This document shows positions 37,362 through 47,681 of a DNA stretch of 47,681 nt, one piece after another. Where the stretch lies: NCBI GenBank assembly GCA_022813965.1, contig JALDZS010000179.1, positions 1 through 47,681 of the forward strand, written 5' to 3'. The position numbers and the translations under genes are program-made. The stretch comes from Toensbergia leucococca (Eukaryota). The notes below the pieces were generated by a model. It searched no databases, had not been told where the DNA came from, and saw only the letters and a list, made by a program, of their open reading frames with translations. The first letter of the stretch is position 1; every line of letters starts with the position of its first letter.

Positions 37362-37976
37362 AGATTCTGACAAGGTACTGAAGATCAAATGTGGCTTAGA
37401 ACAGATCCTCTTACGTCCACCTTACGAAGATAAAAGTAACGGTTGACCTCGAATGTGGAGTGTGAAAGGTAAAGAATGTGGGGATAGGCATTTTGAAGAA
37501 GGATCAAATAAAGTAGGTGTCGCAAACAAAGAAGGCCGGGTCGAAATAGGTGTTAGGATGGTGAGTGATACTAATGGGGCCAAATGATACACATGACTGC
37601 GCCTGAGTTGGAGGTAGGATTCCAGTATTATTAACTTGACGCATCATGTCATGGCAGAATAAAGTCAGATGTTGCGATTATGGGCGAATCAGCAGGCGCA
37701 AATTAGAGAAGTCGGTGGATTGGCGCTAAATTTGTGTGGCTGACACTGACATGCCTCCGTGCTAGTAAATGGCCTCGTTGGCGGCACATCTGGATTTCGG
37801 ACAGTTTGAACATAGATTCCATACGTGTCATGTCCTCTAACCCTTCTTGCTCTCAAGTCTCAACTGTCATTTAGCCCTGCCCTCATTGCCAAACACACCA
37901 ATCAGGTGCCTAGGGCTAGTCAAATGCGGGGGCGGAATCTGTCTCAATCATCACCTTTGGCCGTACGCATTTTACT

Positions 37977-38605
37977 GTGCAAATTCCTTCCGGAGCCGCA
38001 AGCAAAGCTGTTGCCACTGGCTTCACCATCGTAGCTAAAGAATGCTGTGTGGCTGCCGAGGACCTGACTGAAGACACAGTCTTCGCAGACATCGGCATTG
38101 ACTCACTTTGCTCTATGGTGATCAGCAGCCGTTTTCGTGAAGAACTAGAGCTGGGTTTCGATGCAGGCTTTTCTCTCTTCATCAATTTCAAAATTGTGTC
38201 CAAAATGTCGGAGTCCCTCAGCGGCGGTTATGCTTCCGAGAGCTTTTCTGAGAGTTGAAACACTCAAAGTGGCAACTTATTTCAGGATGGAGGTGCTACT
38301 CCCAGCAGCGGCAGTAGGTGTACCAGGGATACTGAGCCTAACAAGGCCCCAGCCTTGAATCTGGTGCCTGCCCTACTGCCAATCTGCGAAGTTCGTGATC
38401 CTACCAAGCATGCCTGACTTCACCAAGAAGACTCCCATCGTGTGGCTAGACACTCAGTGGTAGTTCTGCATCCTCATACGCTTTGATTTCACGCCCTAAA
38501 TTTGACATTTTGGTTGTCAGCATCAACTGTCCCATTGCACACGGCCCGGAGAAGATGAAATGCACGCATGGTGTCATGATCAAGAGCTTCGGCATTGAGA
38601 TTAGA
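37977..38605 (+). pseudogene. Relic of a non-reducing PKS (PksA/CTB1-like): ACP plus N-terminal half of the TE/CLC domain
   Basis: ACP: EDLTEDTVFADIGIDSLCSMVISSRFREELELGFDAGFSLF. Stop at 38256-38258. Then PYCQSAKFVILPSMP...KKT from 38371, a frameshift near 38458, and GSSASSYALISRPKFDILVVSINCPIAHGPEKMKCTHGVMIKSFGIEIR to 38605. Confidence 0.88.
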
Positions 38606-38849
38606 ACTACCTGCATGTTTTCTAGCGAGGGAGGATGAATCTGAATGAGGATCCATTACAACTTGCAATTTTTCTTTGGCGAAAAAATTTCTGCCTGCTC
38701 TCATTGCGATGTACGCACTTTGCCCTCAAACTCTCATCTTGTTCCCTGCTTTATCAAACATGTACGCAGGCTGGAGAAATTCATCCAGAACTTCGTTCCC
38801 AAAATATGAAACGTTCAAGAGATTATGGTCATTTCCTGCTACTTATCTT

Positions 38850-40366
38850 TCATAGCTTAGGCGAATACTCTTTTCTCATGGCCTCAATGATGCCCTCTCC
38901 ATGTTGCTGAGGGGACGAGATTTTAGTCACTTCTAAGCCCGCTCCGTTGAGCAGGGCTATCCACTGCCGCTCAGATCGTTCCATACCTGAGTGCAAGGCC
39001 ATCATCTGCAGATCAAAACCGGCAGCCAGCAAGGGTGTCCCAGTGTTCCGTAGGATGAACTCCCCGAGTATGAGCTTAGAATAGCCTGGTGTCATTGCCG
39101 CGGCGATCTGCGTCAAAATGCGGTGGCAATGATGGTCAGACCAGTCGTGAAAGATGAAGTGGAAGAAGTAGATTCGTGCACCTGGAGAAGACAGAATCAG
39201 TAAGTGATGGCTCTTTCACACCATATAGCATTCATGCTGATCGTAGCTGTGTTCAGGGACGTAGGTTACCTGCCTTTGACGGGCTGAGGCTCGAACATGT
39301 CATGTTCCATCCGCTCAATACTCGAGTCTAGACCTTGAACATCGCGGATTACATTAGGCACTTCTTGCAAAATCATTCGCCCTCTTGCATGCGGAAATTT
39401 GTCCTTGAAGGCAGCAAGATAGTGACCTCGACCGCCTGCTATGTCGACCATGAGCACGGCGGCATTATCTGCTTTCGCATCCTTGAGCAGCCGTTCCTCC
39501 ACGGGATACCAATCGATCCAACTAGGTCTAGTATCGTGGTTTCCAGTCATGTAAGTATTGAATGTCTGCATTACTCCTGGGAGAGTGGCCCAGTACTCGA
39601 ACGTTGGAAGATCAGTATTGAAAGCTTGCTGAAATGGCCCCGCTATGACGCTCGTGGGAGATCTGTAGCCATTGTTCTTGAAGTACTGAGATAGTTCAAT
39701 AAGAGCCTTGGCGCCGAAATCGAAGCTGGACGAGAGTTTAATGATTCGTCGTGTTCTTCACTCTGTTGTGGCTGCTCAGTAATACTTACTGGTGTTTGAT
39801 GCAGCCTTGATATGCCGGCCAGCACATCTGCACTGTCAGAGGAGTTGCTGAGTATGTTTCTTCCCCATCTTCTGCCACAAATCCTGTCTCGGCCAGAATT
39901 CGCATTATGCGGACTAAGTGCAAACTCCAACTCAGTAGAAAGATGCTAGTATGTTTGTAAGGATGGCCAATTACCAATCAGCAACTGTTCAGCTTGACTC
40001 CGCACAGCGAGCTCCTTCGCTGTTATTCGTCCTTTGCCCGAATCGTGCTCCACAATCATCTCAAATAACCCAAGATCAATGGCGATCCTGACACACATGG
40101 TTTGGCCCGGCTTGTAGGAGTTGGTTCGTTAGTTGTCCATCCTCGGGGCTTCAACTGCAAATGCAAGACAAAGGGCAAATTACTAAAAAGGCAGTCTGGA
40201 AGACGGCGTCTGCCGGCTTTTCCAAAGCGACAGCTAGCTGTTTTGTAGCCTGTAGCAATGATGCTCGAAGTCTTTCATCGGTGTAGACATCGTCTGCCTG
40301 TTTGCATAGGGAGGTCACTTGCTTCACCAGGCCTGAAACCTTTTTAAAATGGTCTGCAGTAGCCAT
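38850..40366 (-). CDS. SAM-dependent O-methyltransferase (fungal secondary-metabolism type); 5 exons, intact
   Basis: VRIAIDLGLF dimerisation helix, VDIAGGRGH, LQEVP, EHDMFEPQPVKGARIYF, IFHDWSD, ERSERQW; last intron 39273-39182 requires a GC donor. Confidence 0.93.
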
Positions 40367-41382
40367 CTTCTGGGAAACCAGACGCAGTATGCAAGCAAAT
40401 CGAGAAGACACAAAATTTCACAAAAGGTGGAACATTCCTAGATTGAGAGCCGGCAAGCTGCTGGACCTACTGCATCACCTGCATCTTCTGCATCACCAGT
40501 AAAGCTTGTCAGCTGAGCTCAAGCTGAACATTGATGTCACAGCGCAGATTTCTAAAGCTGTATATGTGCATTCCAGGGGCGACCTAATTACCTGATTTGG
40601 CTACTTGTACGAGTATGAGTACGAGAAGGAGAAAATGGCAAGACTACGGACAAATTACACTGATTGGTGGGTGTCCCCACTGCTATTCATCTAATCAGTG
40701 AGGCACTTAAGTCATATTTCACCTGGAACCTTCAACCTATCGCTTCCCTACCTTTGAGGCACCACGTCGTACACCGCTAAATGGAAATATTGCACCGCGG
40801 CTACAAAGAATCGAGAAGGCACCTAAGGGTAGCTTGGCTTGGTTGTAGTGTGCCTTGTCATCAACAAGATTGAGTACGACGTGGTCGGTAAATCGCATGG
40901 CAACCGTCGTGACTCCTATGTGTGCTGGGACTGGTCATTTATGCCAATGGAATTTTACGCAATACCCTTCCAGCAACTCCTTTGCAATCGTCCAGATTTC
41001 TAAATGAATTGCTGCGCTGAGATCCTGGGGACTACATTTGAGACCCTTTCGAGCAGTAAGCCTGACGGGATCTACAAGATGAGACTGCATGCATAGTATA
41101 TATGAAGGCGAGAAATTCAGGCCAACCCATGCTGACTACCTTACCTTACCATGTGTTGCGTAAAATTTCGCCAGCTGAATCTCGCCGAGGCTGGCTGACC
41201 TCCCCGCTGTGCTCGTACCTTATGTTATATGTGTCTAGGTATCCTTACCTTCACATCATTACAAGCCCCTCCCCATTTCGTGGTATTGTATCAACTGCTA
41301 GCCTGTACATCGGTAGGGACCTCTCTTCATCCACTCAGTCACTTAACGTCAGATTATCACGCTTCGAACATCAAACCGAACC

Positions 41383-42449
41383 ATGGCGGGCACCATGATC
41401 ATCACTGGAGCCAACAGCTCCCTTGCCATCCCGGCTGTCCAGCACTTTCTTATCAATTACCCCGATTACGCCGCCGTCTTGACAGTCCGGAATACCTCAG
41501 ACGCTGACGTCAACACAAAGAAGCTGCGTGAGACACTTACTCAGTATCCAAATGCCAAAACGTCGATCCGCAAGCTTGATCTGGCTGACCTCTCAGACGT
41601 ACACAACTTCGCAAGCACCATCGCCGCTGAGATCGTAGATGGCAAACTTGCGCCTCTCACCAGCATTATCTGCAATGCCTACTACTGGAATCTAGCTGGT
41701 GGGGCAGAAGTCACCGGAGACGGATACGATAAGACCTTTCAAGTGACTCATCTCGCTCAAGCAGCACTGGTTCTCCAACTTCTCGGCAGCTTTGGATCAA
41801 ACGGTGGCCGCGTGGTGCTTTTCTCCAGTGATGCGCATTGGCCTGGTAAGAATGGTCTTGAGAAGTACCCGCCTGTTATCCCTGATAACTTGAATCTACT
41901 TGTAAAGCCAGCTGCGGACGAACCCTCTGACAACATGGGGCGTGGTTTTCAAAGATATGCGGTCGCAAAGCTGACGGTAGTCATGTGGATGTATGCGCTT
42001 AACCGGCACTTGAAGAGGGTATGCATCAACCGTCCATCCTTGAACGAGGTCTAGTGGGGTCATAGCTGAACCATTGAAAGGATTCAAAGCTGAGCAACAT
42101 CACGGCCGTTGCCGTCAATCCGGGCAACTTGAGTGACTCGCGCGCGCTTCGAACAAACACCCCTCAGATGCTGGTCTACATGTCTAAGTTTTTTATTCAA
42201 CCGTTGCGATTTCTTCTTCGCTTCATGGATCCTACGATGCGCACTTCAGCTGAAGCAGGTGTCGATGTTATTGATCTCGCAATGAATAAGGCTTATCCTG
42301 GAGACTGCGGCTACTTCACTCTCCTCAAGAAGGACGTGAGTGCGCCGGACAGTATGAACGAGGAGACTCAGCAGAAGTTGTGGTACAGCAGTATGGAGTG
42401 GGCTGGTATCACACGCGAGAACACTGCGCTCATAGTGGCGTTTGGGTAA
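41383..42449 (+). CDS. Short-chain dehydrogenase/reductase; 2 exons
   Basis: IITGANSSLA Rossmann motif, LDLADL, ICNA, YAVAK catalytic YxxxK, VAVNPGNL; intron 42019-42080. Confidence 0.93.
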
Positions 42450-42650
42450 ACGGGAATGATGGCGAGGAAGTTCGAGAGCTCGATTTCACGGATGGACGGC
42501 ATCTGAATTCCTCAAGGTCTGTAATGTACACTATTTGGTAATTCTATGCTTTACGAAAAATCCGAGCATAATAGCAATTCCCTCGAGTGGCAATATTTCA
42601 TATAAAATACATACCTCGATATGTCTTGAAATTTCCCAACCTCGGATTGT

Positions 42651-43624
42651 TCACTCCGTTTTCGCACGATCCGCAAATCTCTTTTGGAAATGCGATGTCT
42701 CCATCTTCTCGCACGCCAACTCCCAGTCGGTGGTCCATTTCCTGTAGAACGGCTGATACCCTAGCATTGCCCCTAACCACCTCCCAACGACAATTCCAAC
42801 TGTCCTCGACAAACCACGGCCAAAAGGCACCCACCACGGGACCGACAGGTAGGATCCACCGGCATCGAACATCTGCACCACATCTGAGTCTGTCTGGAAA
42901 ACCTACCGCTTCGAGGGAAAGAAGGCGGGGGTCTGCAGTAAGTGGGATTGAGGTAATGCAACTCACACTGAAGACTTGAACCAGATCCATTTTCGCACCC
43001 CTCAGCACAACCTCGTCCTGATATCCATACCAATTCTGAAAGAAAACCGTATCCAGCCTAAACACTTCCTCCGTCTCCCCCCCACTGAGCAAGAACCTCG
43101 TCGTGGTTCCCCCGCCCCCCGTCCCTGTTGGCGGCGGATACAATCGATGATTCGCCCACGACTCGACCCTCACCTCGCCGTCCTCGGGCCCCAGCACGCG
43201 CTCCCGGCCTTCGACTTCGATGCATAGTCGGCCTTCTAGAACCTGCATGTACTCCTCCTGGTAGGGATGGAAGTGCGCGGGTGGTTTCTTGGTGGAGAGG
43301 GCGATGAGCTGCGGGTGCTGGAGCTGGAAGGTCACTTCGAAGGTGAAGGTGCGGGACTGGTGGGAGATGAGGCGCGTTGTTATAGCGCCGTCAAAGCTGG
43401 GGGATCGGAAAGGCGTTTAGTTGGTTTGCTGGGGATGGACAAGGGGTTTGTATGTGAGGGGATGGACAAGGGGTTAGTAGGACGAGGGGATGGATAGAGA
43501 GCGAGAGCAGACGTGTGTGATGACGAGGCATGGAGGGGTAGATAAGAGTGGAGGGAGACGGTACATACGCGATTATGGGATGCGAGGGATCCCGTATGGG
43601 CGGGATTAGGACATTTGTAGTCAT
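42651..43624 (-). CDS. Cupin-domain protein (VirC/FogC/SrdD-like by recollection); 3 exons
   Basis: Exons 43624-43569, 43396-42967 and 42872-42651: MTTNVL...HPIIAFDGAITTRL...KPPAHFHPYQEEYMQVLEGRL...WANHRLYP...FFQNWYGYQD...MFDAGGSYL; cupin HxHxxQxE...H motif. Confidence 0.85.
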
Positions 43625-44260
43625 TATACTAGAGAGACATGATGAAGAAAGAGCCAGTCAAGTGTAGAGAGAGCAGGTAGATCGCCGAGGGTAGGGAGAT
43701 AGACTTAGATTGAAAGGTGCGTTTGGCAACCGTTCGTATTCAAGTCTAGCTGTTTCGTAAAACTGAGCCGCCGCGCATGTATGGTAGTATGTTGAAGAAT
43801 GGCTAGAGAAGCATAACTGTGCTGTGGGTTCTTGCCACCAATCAATTTGGGCCTGCGGGAGGCTTTCAGGCCTCCCGCAGTAGGATACGGAAAGAAATTG
43901 GAAGATGGTGGGCCTTGCGCGGAGCCTTGCGGCATTTTAATTCGGGCATGCCGAAGGCTCAGATGACTAGACGCTCTCAATGGCGAAGAAACAGCCCCCA
44001 TGAGAATGCTTGCGACTGGTTGATTAGAACTTTGGGTCACCGAGTTCTCTTGGTAGTTGAGGGCAATCCTACTAGGATTTAAGCACCCCCTTGGCTTTAG
44101 TACCTATTCGAGCTATTTCAACCTTCTCCACGCCACCAACTGTCGCGATCTCCCTGCTAACCCGTTGGTCCCGGGCGATCACCCGAGGAAAACTTATTTA
44201 GCTAAGCTCAATGAAACGTCTCAAAACTCTGTTTAAAACAAAATTACCACAAAATCTTTA

Positions 44261-44877
44261 GGCTGGTGATACGTGTACACCCCCTTTTGATACCTGTACA
44301 CCCCACCCCCCCCCATGCCCCCCCACCACCTCTCGGGCGCAATATTACTGAGGGAAATTTTATCATTCTGCACCACATCTTGCTTTGATTCCCCACCACT
44401 TCACAAGCCAATTACTTGTCCCATTTGCGTGCTACATAGAAGCTAAATCACCTAGGAGAAAACCCATGCTTTTGTATCACATCTTGACATGATTCCCGGG
44501 CGCAAAGCATCATGATTCTGAATTAACTTCTTCCAAAATCATGAAACACCCTGTTTTCTACAGGAACTCCACCTCGCCCCCTCTAAGTCCTTGTCCCCCT
44601 CTAGATCCTCGCCAACCCTGGCCCTCCATTCATTCCAATTAAGAAGGTTCACGCTGTGTACCCCTATCAAGGCCTGTTGTTCTCTCACACCACAGGCTCC
44701 TGTAGGACTGCAGTGAAGGTGATAGATGGCACGCGGAATCATGAGGTATAAGGCATGCAAATGTGGTGGGAAATCGAGGCAAATTGTGGTGCAGAATGAT
44801 ACAATTTCCCCCGGTGATATTGCGCCCGAGGGGAGGGTGTCCTTGTATCAAAAGGGGGTGTCCTGGTATCAATTCCC
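44261..44877. mobile_element. 617-bp non-autonomous DNA transposon (MITE/Mutator-like) with long imperfect TIRs and 8-bp TSD
   Basis: Left arm ~44261-44410 is the reverse complement of right arm ~44750-44877; termini GG...CC; AATCTTTA directly flanks both ends (44253-44260 and 44878-44885); no transposase. Confidence 0.85.
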
Positions 44878-46325
44878 AATCTTTAACGATGATCCCATCG
44901 TCACAGCAATTCGGTTTCGAGCTTTTGGTAGGGTTCATTCACGACGTTTTCCTTGAATAGGTGCTCTTTCGACGATCACTAAGCTTTGAATGTTTGTGGG
45001 TTGATCAGGTACTCTACTCCGTACTGAGTCCTGGCCCAAAGATCTGCGGTTGTCAAAGCCAATGTCCTAATGAAGGGATCAGCCGAGTCTAGCATTCTCG
45101 TTCCCGTCGGGAACTCGGGATGGCGTACTTATTCATCTGCAGGCCTAAAAACGGTCCAGCGCCTCTGATTATCTTAAGGTAGTCGACGGAGACATCAATC
45201 AGCTTTTGGGTCGGAGTATCCATTGAACAATATCCTATCCTTTCTGATAACAACGGTGCCTGGTAAACTAGTTCAGAACATCGTCACTCATATCTACTAG
45301 ATATTCAGTTTACTATTCAGTATGATCCCTTCTAGGCCTTGTTGGACGTCATCTTGCTTACCGTCGCCGTTCCCACCCTTCCCACCTCCTTCTACCTAGA
45401 CTACGAATCCTTGCACCTTCGACCAACCAATACTCAGAAATCTGATTTTGCCATACCGAGATTGCGGACCTTTTGCCATTTCGGTAGCCTGCGCCTGCTG
45501 CTAGACCTACTCCGGCTGCTGTGCCTGCTGCATCTGCGAATTTGCTGCACTTCTTGTTGCATTCGCTGCTGTTAAATCACCTGCCCCGCCATCATCTGCT
45601 GGCGCCACACTACCCGATGTACTTTCTGTGCCATCCATGCCTTAAAGATGCTGCCCGCCGTCAGCATGTCTTACATCAAACAATACGGGCTCTTCTCTGT
45701 TGCAAAACGATGCAAGTCTAACTTCTTATAGGCATCTCCTTTGAGGCATAGAAGAACTCAACTTAAGACCTACGAGTTCAAAAATCTTGTTATATAATTC
45801 TCTGAAATATTGAGTATGATAGTTGTAGCTAGTATTGAGGACTTTCATTTACCATGTTTAGAATACCTGATACTATGATTTTATTGGGATTCAAATTCTC
45901 AGCTTTATCCCTTATTCGTAGGAAAATTGAGCTTGAATATACCTAAAGCCGAGAGATAGGGTACGAAATATGATGTCAAGTATTGAGAAACAATTTGCAT
46001 CACACCAATTTCTGCACGCTGAGTACAGCTACCTGAATCTATATTTGGCGTAGGCTGGGGATGGGAGCCATAGCCTCGACTACGAGACCTGAATTTGCGG
46101 CGGTGATATGAGTGTCTGCTAGAAGGATAATGTGGATAGAAGGGAGGCTATTTAGTCAAACCTTGCCCCAGTGACAACTGTCATTGACTCTGGCGCTGAA
46201 TGTCTTGAGGTCAGTATGGGCCTTGGCACTTGATTGTATTCACTGCATCTGTGCTCAAGATCCTTTCATTCTCTTTTCATTCGAAGTGGTTCTTTCGACA
46301 GGGTATCAGCTAAGGTAACGACAAA

Positions 46326-47681
46326 ATGCCACTACTGCTGACCTTCTCCCGGCTCTTATGCCTCTCGCTGACAGTAGGAATCGCCGCGGGAAGGAACCAG
46401 AGCGCTGTGGCGTGCCAGGAACTTGAAGGCGAGCTTGGCAATATTACCATCTTGCCTTCGCAGAGTCAGTATCCATCGCTGAGTACGGAAAATTGGTGCG
46501 TCTTCTTTTGTATACGCCATTCTTAAACCCTAAGCTAATTCTGTCAGGTCAGGAACAGCATGGGCAACACCTTCTTGTGTTGCCCGGCCAGTCACTATAC
46601 CAGAACTTCAACAAGTGGTTCAGATCCTGACCAGCCAACATGTCCCTTTTGCAATCCGTTCCGGAGGCCATATGCCCTCGCCGCTCGCGGCAAACATCAA
46701 CAACGGAGTATTGATTGATATGTCCATGTTCAACGGCGTGGCCTATGATATTGAGAACAACGTAGCTACGGTTGGTGCCGGACAGACATGGGGAGATGTA
46801 TACAATCAGCTTGATCCGTACAATGTCACTGTCGTAGGTGGAAGGGTATTGGATGTCGGCGTGGGAGGTCTTATCCTTGGAAGTAAGACTTTTTATAATC
46901 ACCTTCCGACCGAGCGTTGCTGACTTCACAGGTGGACTGTCATATCTCTCTGATCTTTATGGTCTGGTTTGCGACAATGTTGTAAATTTTGAGGTAGGGA
47001 TTCAGACTCGGACGTGAAAACACGGTGCTGACATAGTACCAGATTGTTCTTGCAAATGCATCGATTGTGAACGCCAATGCAACATCCAATCCAGAGCTCT
47101 GGTGGGCACTTAAGGGCGGTAGCAACAATCTTGGTAAGTAATTTGTTGCTCAAAAATCTCGAAGTAGATCTTACCGTCTATCTAGGGATCGTCACAGCGT
47201 TCACCCTCTCCACCTATCCCATCCACGAAGTCTGGGGCGGGATCAAGAGCTACACACTCGACGAGCTGCCTGCGCTCTTCTCCGCCATGATCGAATATCA
47301 GTCGAACCCAAACAAGGACCCTTATGCAAACCTCATGTTCCAAGCATTCACCACCAACGCTAGCGTCGGCGCGGTCCTGAACATGGTGTACCTCAAGCCT
47401 GAGGCATCACCGCCCGCCTTCAGCCCTTTCTACTCCATTCCCACCACTGGGGACACCACCAAGATCCAGACACTCACACAGATGATGAGTGGACAGATTG
47501 TCCCACCGATACCTCGGTACGTAGAACCCCAAATGAAAGCGGAGCGTTGAACTGAAAGATGTCGCAGATGGGACTGGTTCGCCACGAGCTTTAAGCCTGA
47601 TGCTTCACTCTACGAACAAATCGAGTCAATTTTGACCACGGCGCCAGAGCTAAAGGACATAGAGTCGCTGAATTCCGGATC
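46326..47681 (+). CDS. FAD-linked oxidoreductase (BBE/VAO-like, FAD_binding_4), 3' end outside window
   Basis: Signal peptide; FAIRSGGHM (covalent-FAD His), [44 protein letters not shown]; several introns. Confidence 0.93.

Noticed and set aside
37977..38258. Stand-alone functional ACP gene
   Set aside because: No ATG before the ACP core, and it is followed by a frameshifted TE fragment, so a PKS relic fits better.
44539..44960. Short ORFs as a possible transposase or peptide
   Set aside because: They run through the TIR of the element and show no DDE or other motif.
1..47681. CRISPR arrays, tRNA/rRNA genes, autonomous transposons, Starship captain
   Set aside because: No repeat-spacer array, RNA gene, RT/integrase/transposase or tyrosine-recombinase motif recognised by eye.

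Overview
Intron-rich genomic DNA of a filamentous ascomycete (Pezizomycotina), judged from short GT-AG introns with CTRAC branch points. The left ~18.4 kb is mostly housekeeping genes: SLU7 3' end, a divergent RPS9/RPL21 pair, a RIM2-like carrier, a WDR23/DCAF11-like WD40 gene, Sec61-gamma (missed by the ORF track, with a 4-nt microexon), an Rbp35/CFIm68-like RRM gene, a DUF21/CNNM-like gene, SNX3 and a double-Myb telobox gene. From ~21 kb the window is accessory and rich in secondary-metabolism genes. These are an intronless bacterial-looking alpha/beta hydrolase, two P450s, an MBOAT acyltransferase, a damaged PTH11-like receptor, an MFS transporter, a decayed ACP-TE relic of a PksA-type non-reducing PKS, an O-methyltransferase, an SDR, a cupin and an FAD-linked oxidase running off the right edge. 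The SDR + cupin + FAD-oxidase + OMT set resembles HR-PKS alkyl-salicylaldehyde clusters, and no intact backbone enzyme lies in the window. A 617-bp non-coding element with long terminal inverted repeats and an 8-bp target-site duplication sits between the cupin and oxidase genes. All family calls come from motif recognition by eye; no searches were run.
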